DNA of 62,521 bases, from positions 1-62,521 of the forward strand of contig DASUCM010000009.1 of the NCBI GenBank assembly GCA_036276035.1. The letters run 5' to 3'. Shown here in pieces: positions 36,256-44,643 of this stretch (positions are counted from its first letter, which is position 1; every line of letters starts with the position of its first letter). Both the position numbers and the translations under genes were made by a program. Under the pieces are notes generated by a model that had not been told where the DNA came from, ran no database searches, and saw only the letters and a list, made by a program, of their open reading frames with translations. The stretch is from Candidatus Limnocylindria bacterium. GTDB lineage: Bacteria; Chloroflexota; Limnocylindria; P2-11E.

Positions 36256-37751
36256 CCGCGAAGGCGGACGTCGGTGCGCTCGAGGCGTCCGGTCTCGTCG
36301 GGATCGCCGCGATGGAACCGGAGCTCGAGTACCTGTTCCGCCACGTCCTGGTGCAGGACGCGGCGTACGCCTCGCTGCTGAAGCAGGAGCGGCGCGAGCT
36401 GCACCGGCGGATCGCTGACGCGCTCGTCGAGCTCTATCCCGAGCGGCGCGGCGAGCTTGCCGGCGTCATCGGCATGCATCTCGAGGAGGCGGGCGAGGCC
36501 CGCAGGGCGGCTCCCTTCCTGGTCGAGGCCGGCGATCACGCGCTCTCGCGCTTCGCGAGCCGCGAGGCGAGAGCGCTCTACGACCGCGCGTACGACGCGC
36601 TGCGCAGCGAGGACGGCGACCCGGGGACCGATCGCCTGCGCGTGCGCGCTGGGGTCGGTGCGGTGAAGGCTGGGTGGGGGTCGAGCATCCCCACCGCCGA
36701 CGTCGACCGCATCGCCGGGCTCGTGGCGGTCGCGGAGCACCTCGGCGATCCGAGGCTCGCCACCGAAGTGCACTTCTGGAACATCCTGCTGCGGCGCTCG
36801 ACCGGCGGCGCGGAAGCGGAGCAGGCCACCCGTGCGTCCGTGGAGCGCCTCGAGCAGCTGGGCGCGGAGCACGGCGATCCCATCGCCCAGGTCATGCCTC
36901 AGGCCCTGATGGGCGCCGGGATGGTGTTCGGCGGACAGCTACGAGCGGGCGTGGCGCTGCTGGAGAAGGCGATCCCCGCGCTCAGCGCGGGCGGCGACTC
37001 CCTCGGCGTCGCCGTCCTGCACGACGTCCTCACGATCGCGTACGCACGGCTTGGCGAGTTCGAGGCCGCCGAGCACAACGCGGAGCGCGCCGACGAGCTC
37101 GCGGCGCAGGGGGACCCGATCGCGCGGCTCGACGCCATGCTCGCGCGCGCGGCGATCGCCTCGGAGCGCGGCGACCTCGAGGACGCGGTCCGGCTCGCCG
37201 GCGACTGCGTCGCGACCGCGGAGAGCCTCGGCGCGACCGGCTGCGCGATCCCCGCGAACTACTTTCTCGGCGACGGCCGCCTGCGTCTCGGCGAGGCTGC
37301 GCTCGCGCGGGATCGCTTCGCGCGCTCGCTGCAGATCGCGGCAGGCGATGCCGGGTCGGCCGGCAGCCTGACCACCCTCGCCCAGGCCGGCCTCGCGTCC
37401 GCGGCCGCCCTTCTCGGCGATCGCGCCGAGGCCACCGCCGGCTGGGATGCCTCGCTGCTCGCCACGCGCAAGTACGGCGACCGCTTCAGCGAGGCGGCGA
37501 TCCTGTTCCGCCGCGCCGCGATCCTCGTGCAGGGATCGCCGTCGGACTGGACGTCCATCCTCGCGGACCTCGAGACCGCGATCGGCCTGTTCGAGGAGAT
37601 GGAGACGCGGCCGGCGCTCTCGCGTGCCCTCCGCGTCTACGGCGACGCGCTCACGCGTGCGGGCCGGCCGGACGAAGGCCGCGCGGCGATCGAGCGGTCG
37701 CGCGCGATCGCGGCCGAGCTCGGCCTGCGCGACCGACCCGTCGTGGCGTGA
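36252..37751 (+). CDS. C-terminal continuation: helical/TPR-like module of the cyclase-AAA protein
   Basis: GTG 36252 (GTGA overlap). ..LEASGLV..EYLFRHVLVQDAAYASLL..LHRRIADAL.. followed by TPR-like repeats. Confidence 0.75.
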   Translation: MTAKADVGALEASGLVGIAAMEPELEYLFRHVLVQDAAYASLLKQERRELHRRIADALVELYPERRGELAGVIGMHLEEAGEARRAAPFLVEAGDHALSRFASREARALYDRAYDALRSEDGDPGTDRLRVRAGVGAVKAGWGSSIPTADVDRIAGLVAVAEHLGDPRLATEVHFWNILLRRSTGGAEAEQATRASVERLEQLGAEHGDPIAQVMPQALMGAGMVFGGQLRAGVALLEKAIPALSAGGDSLGVAVLHDVLTIAYARLGEFEAAEHNAERADELAAQGDPIARLDAMLARAAIASERGDLEDAVRLAGDCVATAESLGATGCAIPANYFLGDGRLRLGEAALARDRFARSLQIAAGDAGSAGSLTTLAQAGLASAAALLGDRAEATAGWDASLLATRKYGDRFSEAAILFRRAAILVQGSPSDWTSILADLETAIGLFEEMETRPALSRALRVYGDALTRAGRPDEGRAAIERSRAIAAELGLRDRPVVA

Positions 37752-38356
37752 CGGAGGAGCTCGACCTCCTCGACTGGCGGCGGCGCGTCGCGGCCGTGTA
37801 CGCCGAGGTGCGCAGCCAGGGCCCGCGGGTCGGGCACGTGCGCTGGCGCGCGGTCCGCGACGAGCTGTTCAAGACACACCCGCAGTCCCCGCTCGCGCTC
37901 CCCGCGCGGACGGCGTTCAAGGCCCTGAGCTACTTCGACTACGACCCGAAGCTGCGCCTCTCGGCGCGCGTGCGCGGGCGCCCTGGCGAGCGCTTCGAGA
38001 TCCAGACGAGCACCGGCGAGCAGCTGGCGATGCGCCGCTTCGGGATCGTCGAGCTCGAGTGGGGGACGCTCGACGTCTTCTGGATCGCCGTGTACGGCGG
38101 CGGCGTGTTCCTCCCGTTCCGCGACGCGACGAGCGGCACGACGACGTACGGCGGCGGGCGGTATCTCCTCGACACGATCAAGGGCGCCGACCTCGGCATG
38201 ACCGAGCGCGGCGAGATCGTCCTCGACTTCAACTTCGCCTACAACCCGTCCTGCGCCTACGACCCGCAGTGGTCGTGCCCGCTCGCGCCGCGCGAGAATT
38301 CGCTCACCGTCCCGATCGAGGCGGGGGAGCGCATCTTCGAGGGGGCGGAACGGTGA
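37748..38356 (+). CDS. DUF1684-domain protein
   Basis: GTGA overlap with the previous gene. ..FDYDPKLRL.., ..VFLPFRDATSGTTTYGGGRYL.., ..DFNFAYNPSCAY... Confidence 0.8.
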   Translation: MTEELDLLDWRRRVAAVYAEVRSQGPRVGHVRWRAVRDELFKTHPQSPLALPARTAFKALSYFDYDPKLRLSARVRGRPGERFEIQTSTGEQLAMRRFGIVELEWGTLDVFWIAVYGGGVFLPFRDATSGTTTYGGGRYLLDTIKGADLGMTERGEIVLDFNFAYNPSCAYDPQWSCPLAPRENSLTVPIEAGERIFEGAER

Positions 38357-39930
38357 GCGCGAAGGGCTGGACGCTCCTCGCCACGGTGCTCGCGTCGGGG
38401 ATCGTGTTCCTCGACTCGACCGTCGTGAACGTGGCGCTCCCGCGCATCGGCCAGGAGCTCCCGAGCACGGTCTTCGGCGTCCTCGAGGGTCAGTCGTACG
38501 TGTACACCGGCTACCTGCTGACCGTCTCCGCGCTGCTCATCCTCGCGGGCGCGCTCACCGACTACTACGGACGCAAGCGGATGTTCGCGATCGGCCTTGC
38601 CGGCTTCGGCATCACGTCGGTGCTCTGCGGGCTCGCGCCGAACATGGAGCTCCTCGTCCTCTTCCGCCTGCTCCAGGGTGCGGCCGGCGCGATCCTCGTG
38701 CCGGGATCCCTCGCGATCATCCGGAGCACGTTCGAGGGCGAGGCGCAGGGCCGCGCGTTCGGGCTCTGGGCGGGGGCGTCCGCGGGCACGACGATCCTCG
38801 GCCCCTTCCTCGGCGGCATCCTCGTCGACACCGTCTCGTGGCGCGCGGCGTTCCTCATCAACGTGCCGCTCGTCGCGCTCGCGCTGTACGCCACGGCGGT
38901 ACACGTGCGCGAGACGAAGGACGCGGAGGCGAGCGGACGATTCGACTGGCTCGGTGCGTTCGTCGCCGCGGTCGCGGTCGGCGGGCTGTCGTTCGGCGCG
39001 ATCTACGGCCAGCAGCGCGAATGGCAGGACCCGCTCGCGTTCGTTGCGCTCGGGCTCGGCACGCTCGCGACCGTCGCGCTCCCGTTCCTCATGGCGCGCC
39101 GGCGCGATCCGCTCGTGCCGCTCTCGCTCTTCCGCTCGCGGAACTTCTCGGTCACGAACCTGTCGACACTTCTCATCTATGGCTCGCTGTACGTGACCTT
39201 CTACTACCAGGCGCTGTTCCTCCAGGGCACGCTCGGCTACAGCGCGGCAGCCGCCGGCCTCGCGGGGCTGCCCGGCGGCGTTCTCCTCACGCTCCTTTCC
39301 ACGCGCTTCGGCGCGCTCGCCGGCCGCTACGGCCCGCGCCTCTTCATGAGCGCCGGTCCCGCGCTCATGGCGCTCGGCGTCCTGTGGTTCGCGCGCGTGC
39401 CGTCGTCGAGCGGCGCGTGGCCGTTCACGCCGGGCGACGCGTCGACCTACCTCCCGCCGCCGAGCTACCTCGCCGACTTCCTGCCTGGCCAGGTCGTGTT
39501 CGGCCTCGGGCTCGCGATGATGGTCGCGCCGCTCACGACCGCCCTCATGTCGAGCGTGCCCGGCCGATATGCGGGGGTCGCCTCGGCGGTGAACAACGCG
39601 ATCTCGCGTGTCGGGCCGCAGCTCGCGGGCGCGCTCATCTTCATCGCGATCACCTCCTCCTTCTACGCCGGGATGGCCCAGCGGCTGCCGGGCATCGACA
39701 CCGCCGCGCCGTCGTTCCGCCAGGCGGTCTCGCCGCTGAACCGGCCGAAGCCCGTCACCGGGAGCGTCCCGCAGTCCGTGGCCGAGCGTCTCGACCAGAT
39801 CGATCGCGCCTCGCGCGAAGAGTCGACCGACGCCTTCCACCTCGCGATGCTCGTGAGCGCCGGGCTGCTCGCGGCCGGTGCCGCGGTGAACGCGGTGGGG
39901 ATCCGCAGCGAACGCGCGGACCCGGGTTAG
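38353..39930 (+). CDS. MFS transporter, DHA2/EmrB-like (14-TMS type)
   Basis: GTGA overlap with the previous gene. ..LDSTVVNVALP.., ..LTDYYGRKRMF.., ..FRLLQGAAGA... Confidence 0.85.
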   Translation: MSAKGWTLLATVLASGIVFLDSTVVNVALPRIGQELPSTVFGVLEGQSYVYTGYLLTVSALLILAGALTDYYGRKRMFAIGLAGFGITSVLCGLAPNMELLVLFRLLQGAAGAILVPGSLAIIRSTFEGEAQGRAFGLWAGASAGTTILGPFLGGILVDTVSWRAAFLINVPLVALALYATAVHVRETKDAEASGRFDWLGAFVAAVAVGGLSFGAIYGQQREWQDPLAFVALGLGTLATVALPFLMARRRDPLVPLSLFRSRNFSVTNLSTLLIYGSLYVTFYYQALFLQGTLGYSAAAAGLAGLPGGVLLTLLSTRFGALAGRYGPRLFMSAGPALMALGVLWFARVPSSSGAWPFTPGDASTYLPPPSYLADFLPGQVVFGLGLAMMVAPLTTALMSSVPGRYAGVASAVNNAISRVGPQLAGALIFIAITSSFYAGMAQRLPGIDTAAPSFRQAVSPLNRPKPVTGSVPQSVAERLDQIDRASREESTDAFHLAMLVSAGLLAAGAAVNAVGIRSERADPG

Positions 39931-41444
39931 ACCGACAGCAGCGGCGCGACCGCCTCCGCGAGCAGCCGCTCGTTGTCGGCGGTGCGGAAGTCGTGGAGCG
40001 GGTTCGGCGGGAGCATGACCTCATGCACGTCGGTGCCCCGCCGTACGTAGAGGCAGGGATAGATCTCTCCGGCCGCGTTCTCCTCGACCGTCGCCGCGAT
40101 CGCGTCGCCGCGGCCGGAGTCGAGGAAGTGCATGAGGGGCCAGACCCCGTCGTCCACGATCCCGCGCCCGGGGTCGGAACGCAGGATCCGTGCGAGGTAT
40201 GCCTTCTGATGCCAGAGCTCGGGTCCGTGCGTGAGCTCCTGCAGGAGGAAGGGGATGACCTCTGCCGCGCGGAGGCTCGGCCGCTCCGGTTCGACACCGA
40301 AGTGCTTTCGCGCGATGTGGCGAGCGAGGATGCGGCCGTTGTAGCGGTGGCCGTTCACGCCGCCGGAGTTGCTCGGCATCCCGTGCTTGCGCAGCCCCGG
40401 TGAGGCCTGGTGGATCGTGCCGGCGAAGTACAGGCCGGGCACGGACGCGCTCTCCCAGAGCGCCGTCTGGGCCGGCAGGCGGTTCCGTCCGACGGTCGCG
40501 ACACCGAGCGCGACGAGATCCTGCACCGGCGACGTGAACCCGGTGGCGGCGATGACATCGTCCGCGTCGAAGACGAGCTCGCCCGACCCGTCGCTGCGCT
40601 TCGTGCGCACGCGGAAGCACTCCCCGTTGCGCTCGATCGCCTCGATCGAGGCGTTGAGCAGCGTCACCCCGCCGCCACCGATGACGTGATCCTCGTACGG
40701 CTGGACGTAGCGGGCGCGGACGCCGACGAGCGAGTTCGTCGTGATCGACAGCTTCGTCGGCGTCGGGGAGGCGAGCACGAGGTTGCGCGCCCAGGGCAGG
40801 AAGCCGGTCGCGAGCTCGAAGGCGGAGTTCTCCTTGCCGATGATGAAGATGCGGCGGCCGGCGTACGTCTCGGCCGGCCGGGTGTCCGCGTAGTGGGCGG
40901 CGAGCTCGATCCCCGCCATGGCGGGCCGCCACGGCTGTGCGACACCGACCGCGAAGACCGGCACCCGGCAGCGGTACTCGCCGTCGCTCGTGACGAGCAC
41001 GAACTCCTCGCCCTCACGGCGCGTCCCGGTCCAGGTGCAGCCGAAGCGAACGCGCACGCCGGTGCGCTGAGCGAACGTGGCCAGGCTGCGCTCCATCTCG
41101 GGCCGGGATGGATAGTTCGAGGTGCCGTCCATGATCTCTGTCATCAGACCGCGGTTCTCCGGCTCCTCGGCGAGGAGACTGTTCCAGTCGTAGCGCTCGA
41201 ACTCGCGCGCGGTCCGCTCGAACTGCACGTACGGCTTCGTCCAGGAGAGCAGGCGCTGGAAGAACGGCCACTTCCGGAACATGCCGCCCGCCGCCTCGTC
41301 CATCGAGATGACGGCGTGATCGATCCCGAGGCGAAGGAGCGAGTACGAGAGCTGGAGGCCACCGGGTCCGCTGCCGACGATCACGACCGGGTACGCGCCC
41401 GGCGGGAAGGGCCGCTCGGCGCGACCGGGCCCCGCCCCGCTCAA
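39927..41444 (-). CDS. FAD/NAD(P)-binding oxidoreductase (flavin monooxygenase / pyridine-nucleotide-disulfide-reductase-like) with C-terminal extension
   Basis: VVIVGSGPGGLQLSYSL; second fold RIFIIGKENSAFE; ..ATGF... Start assigned to TTG 41444 (TTGA overlap with the upstream stop). Confidence 0.7.
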   Translation of the reverse strand: MSGAGPGRAERPFPPGAYPVVIVGSGPGGLQLSYSLLRLGIDHAVISMDEAAGGMFRKWPFFQRLLSWTKPYVQFERTAREFERYDWNSLLAEEPENRGLMTEIMDGTSNYPSRPEMERSLATFAQRTGVRVRFGCTWTGTRREGEEFVLVTSDGEYRCRVPVFAVGVAQPWRPAMAGIELAAHYADTRPAETYAGRRIFIIGKENSAFELATGFLPWARNLVLASPTPTKLSITTNSLVGVRARYVQPYEDHVIGGGGVTLLNASIEAIERNGECFRVRTKRSDGSGELVFDADDVIAATGFTSPVQDLVALGVATVGRNRLPAQTALWESASVPGLYFAGTIHQASPGLRKHGMPSNSGGVNGHRYNGRILARHIARKHFGVEPERPSLRAAEVIPFLLQELTHGPELWHQKAYLARILRSDPGRGIVDDGVWPLMHFLDSGRGDAIAATVEENAAGEIYPCLYVRRGTDVHEVMLPPNPLHDFRTADNERLLAEAVAPLLSV

Positions 41445-41866
41445 CTCGTCTGTCGTCGGGTCGCGTTGCGCAGTTTTCGTGCCTCGGCCTGGAGGATCCG
41501 GTACGCGACGCGCGGATGCTCGATGAGGAAGGCTTCGAGGCGCTCGCCCGCGAGCACGAGGCAGCGCAGCGGCCGCAGCGCGACGACATCGGCGCTGGGC
41601 GGCTCGCCGAGCAGGACCGAGATCTCGCCGAAGACGTCGCCGCGGGCGAGGGTGTTCACGCGCTCCCCGTTCGCGATCGCGGCGGCCTCGCCCTCGAGCA
41701 CGATGTAGAAGGCCGAGCCGGAGAGTCCCTGCCGCACGACCCGCTGGTCCTGCGGGAAGTACTGCTCGTCCAGCTCGTGCGCGATGTGTTCGAGCTCGGG
41801 CCGCGAGAGATCCGCGAAGATCGCCAGTGACGCGAGGGTGTCGACGACCTCTTCCTGCGTGGCCAT
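41441..41866 (-). CDS. stand-alone cyclic-nucleotide-binding-like domain protein
   Basis: ATG 41866. ..FADLSRPELEHIA..GSAFYIVLEGEA..GDVFGEISVLLGEPPSADVVA... There is no DNA-binding or other effector domain. Confidence 0.75.
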   Translation of the reverse strand: MATQEEVVDTLASLAIFADLSRPELEHIAHELDEQYFPQDQRVVRQGLSGSAFYIVLEGEAAAIANGERVNTLARGDVFGEISVLLGEPPSADVVALRPLRCLVLAGERLEAFLIEHPRVAYRILQAEARKLRNATRRQTS

Positions 41867-41889
41867 GCGTCGTACGATGCCACTCCAGC

Positions 41890-44526
41890 ATGACCTCCGC
41901 ACTCCCGACCGGAACGGTCACCTTCCTCTTCACCGACATCGAGGGCTCGACCGGCCTGTTGCGCGCCCTCGGCATGGACACCTATGACCGCCTGTTGGTG
42001 GAGCACGGCCGCATCCTGCGCGAGGCGCTCTGCGCCGCGACCGGCCGCGGCCACGAGGTCCGCGTCGAGGGCGACTCGTTCTTCGTCGCCTTCCAGTCGG
42101 CGCCGGACGCGGTCGCCGCGGCGGTGACGGCCCAGCGGGCGCTCGCGGCGCAGGCCTTCCCGGGCGCGGCCGAGGTGCGCGTGCGCATGGGCCTGCACAC
42201 GGGCGAGGGGCGGCCGGCCGCGGCCGAGGCGGGCGCCGACTACGTCGGGATCGACGTCCACCGTGCCGCCCGGATCGCCGCGGCGGCGCATGGCGGGCAG
42301 ATCGTCATCTCAGACACGACCTGGACGCTCGTCCGCGACTCGCTCCCGCCGGGCGTCAGCGCGCGCGACCTCGGCCCCCATCGCTTCAAGGACTTCGCCG
42401 ACGCGGAGCGGATCCACCAGCTGGTCATCGACGGCCTGCGTTCCGAGTTCCCGCCGCTGCGCAGCCTCGACCGCACGCCGAACAACCTCCCGGCGCAGCT
42501 GACGACCTTCGTCGGGCGCGCGCAGCTCGAGGAGGTCCGTGCGCTCCTGCGCGACGGCGCGCGGCTGCTCACGCTCACCGGGCCCGGCGGGACCGGCAAG
42601 ACACGCCTTTCCATCGAGGCGGCTGGCGATGTCGCCGACGCCTTCCCGGACGGGGTGTACTGGGTACCGCTCGCGGCGATCACCGACAGCGCCCTCGTCG
42701 GTCCGGCCATCGCGACCTCCCTCGGGCTGCACGACGCCGGCAGCCGGCCGGTCGCGGAGCGGATCGCCGAGCACCTGCGTGACCGGACGGTCCTCCTCGT
42801 CATCGACAACTTCGAGCAGGTGCTGCCCGCGGCGCCGCTCATCGGTGAGCTCCTTCGCGCGGCCCCGAAGCTCAAGGTCATCGCGTCGAGCCGCGCGCCG
42901 CTCCGCGTGTACGGCGAGCAGGAGTTCCCGGTGCCGCCGCTCACGCTCGCGGATCCGGGCGCCGCGTTCGAGGTCCTCGCGCAGTCCGAGGCGGTGCGCC
43001 TCTTCGTCGAGCGTGCGATGGCGGTGAAGCCCGACTTCCAGGTGACCGTGCAGAACGCGCGGCCGATCGCGGAGCTCTGCGCCCGCCTCGACGGCCTGCC
43101 GCTCGCGATCGAGCTCGCCGCGGCGCGGGTGAAGATCCTCCCGCCGGACGCGATCCTGCAGCGGCTCGGTCACACCCTCGACCTGCTGTCGGCGGGCTCG
43201 CGCGACCTTCCGGACCGGCAGCGCACCCTGCGCGGCGCGATCCAGTGGAGCTACGACCTCCTCGAGCCGCCCGCCCGCACGCTGTTCGCGCGCCTTGCCG
43301 CCTTCGCCGGCGGGGCCTGGCTCCCGGAGATCGAAGCGGTCTGCGCGGACGGCGGGGATGTGCTCGACGGGCTGTCGGTGCTGGTCGACCAGAGCCTGCT
43401 GCGGCAGCGCGACGCCGACGGCGAGCCGCGCTTCGTCATGCTCGTCACGATCCGCGAGTACGCGCTCGAGCGGCTCGAGGCGTCCGGTGAGGGCGAGGCG
43501 ATCCGCCGCCGCCACGCCGAGACCTACCTCGACCTCGCGCGGCGGACGCAGCCCGAGCTCACCGGCCCGAGGCAGCGCGTGCTCCTCGACCGGCTCGAAC
43601 GGGATCACGACAACCTGCGTGCCGCGATGGAGTGGGCGATCGGGCACGACGCGAGCATCGCGATGCGGCTGGTGGGCTCGATGTGGCGGTTCTGGCACAT
43701 GCGCGGGCACCTGGACGAGGCGGAGAACGTGGCGCGTCGCGTGCTCGCGCTGCCGTTCGACGCGTCGCTCGACCGCGAGCGGCTTGTCGCGCTCGACGGA
43801 GCGGGCGGTGTGTCGTACTGGCGCGGCGAGTTCGGCCCGACGCAGGAGCGCTACCAGGAGGCCCTCGACATCGCGACGCGCCTCGGGGACCGGCGCCAGG
43901 TCGCCGAGCAGTCCTACAACCTCGGGTTCACCTACCAGGTCGACCGCACCGACATCCCGCGCGCGGTCGGCCTCGCCGAGGCGGCGCTCTCGACGTTCCG
44001 CGATCTCGGCGATCGCCCCGGCATCGCGAAGTCGCTCTGGTCGCTCTCCTACGCGCTCTTCCAGCTCGACGACCGCGCTCGCTCGCGCCCCCTTCTGGCG
44101 GAGTGCATCGCGCTCATGCGCGAGCTCGACGACCGGTTCGGGCTCGCCTGGGCGCTGCACGCGCAGGCGCTGAACGACATGAAGGACGGGATGCTCGAAG
44201 GAGCGTACGGGAGCATCGGCGAGAGCCTCCGGATCTTCGCGGATGCCGGCGATGTCTCGGGGATCACGCTCCTGCTCATGGACTCGGCCATCCTCGCGGC
44301 GCTGCGCGGGGATCTCGAGCGCGCCGTGAGGCTCTTCGCGGCGGGCGAGCGGGTCCGCGACGAGAGCGGCGCGATGCTCGCCAACGTCATCGAGAATTGG
44401 CAGCTGCCGGCTGTCGACGTCGTACGGGACGCGAGCGCGAGGTTGACGGATGCTCGCGTGGAGGGTGGACGGCTCACCCGCGACGAGGCGATCGCGCTCG
44501 CGCTGGGGAACGAGGTCCGCGCCTAG
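41890..44526 (+). CDS. class III cyclase fused to an NB-ARC/STAND ATPase and TPR repeats
   Basis: VTFLFTDIEGSTGLL..RVEGDSFFVAF..GIDVHRAARI. Walker A GPGGTGKTRL. ..LLVIDNFEQV... C-terminal TPR-like repeats. Confidence 0.85.
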   Translation: MTSALPTGTVTFLFTDIEGSTGLLRALGMDTYDRLLVEHGRILREALCAATGRGHEVRVEGDSFFVAFQSAPDAVAAAVTAQRALAAQAFPGAAEVRVRMGLHTGEGRPAAAEAGADYVGIDVHRAARIAAAAHGGQIVISDTTWTLVRDSLPPGVSARDLGPHRFKDFADAERIHQLVIDGLRSEFPPLRSLDRTPNNLPAQLTTFVGRAQLEEVRALLRDGARLLTLTGPGGTGKTRLSIEAAGDVADAFPDGVYWVPLAAITDSALVGPAIATSLGLHDAGSRPVAERIAEHLRDRTVLLVIDNFEQVLPAAPLIGELLRAAPKLKVIASSRAPLRVYGEQEFPVPPLTLADPGAAFEVLAQSEAVRLFVERAMAVKPDFQVTVQNARPIAELCARLDGLPLAIELAAARVKILPPDAILQRLGHTLDLLSAGSRDLPDRQRTLRGAIQWSYDLLEPPARTLFARLAAFAGGAWLPEIEAVCADGGDVLDGLSVLVDQSLLRQRDADGEPRFVMLVTIREYALERLEASGEGEAIRRRHAETYLDLARRTQPELTGPRQRVLLDRLERDHDNLRAAMEWAIGHDASIAMRLVGSMWRFWHMRGHLDEAENVARRVLALPFDASLDRERLVALDGAGGVSYWRGEFGPTQERYQEALDIATRLGDRRQVAEQSYNLGFTYQVDRTDIPRAVGLAEAALSTFRDLGDRPGIAKSLWSLSYALFQLDDRARSRPLLAECIALMRELDDRFGLAWALHAQALNDMKDGMLEGAYGSIGESLRIFADAGDVSGITLLLMDSAILAALRGDLERAVRLFAAGERVRDESGAMLANVIENWQLPAVDVVRDASARLTDARVEGGRLTRDEAIALALGNEVRA

Positions 44527-44534
44527 GTCGGCGG

Positions 44535-44565
44535 GCTACTTCGCTTCGCTCAGTAGCTTCGTGTA
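44535..44565. repeat. 31-bp direct repeat, copy A (intergenic)
   Basis: gctacttcgcttcgctcagtagcttcgtgta, identical to 44613-44643. It contains the internal dyad GCTACT..AGTAGC. Confidence 0.9.
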
Positions 44566-44612
44566 TGCGACAGGACGGCGCTTCGCGCCGGCCGGTCTTA
44601 CCGCATCACTCC

Positions 44613-44643
44613 GCTACTTCGCTTCGCTCAGTAGCTTCGTGTA
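44613..44643. repeat. 31-bp direct repeat, copy B (covers the last 9 codons plus stop of the 44614..46266 gene)
   Basis: Identical to 44535-44565. The reverse strand reads ..YTKLLSEAK-stop. Confidence 0.9.
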
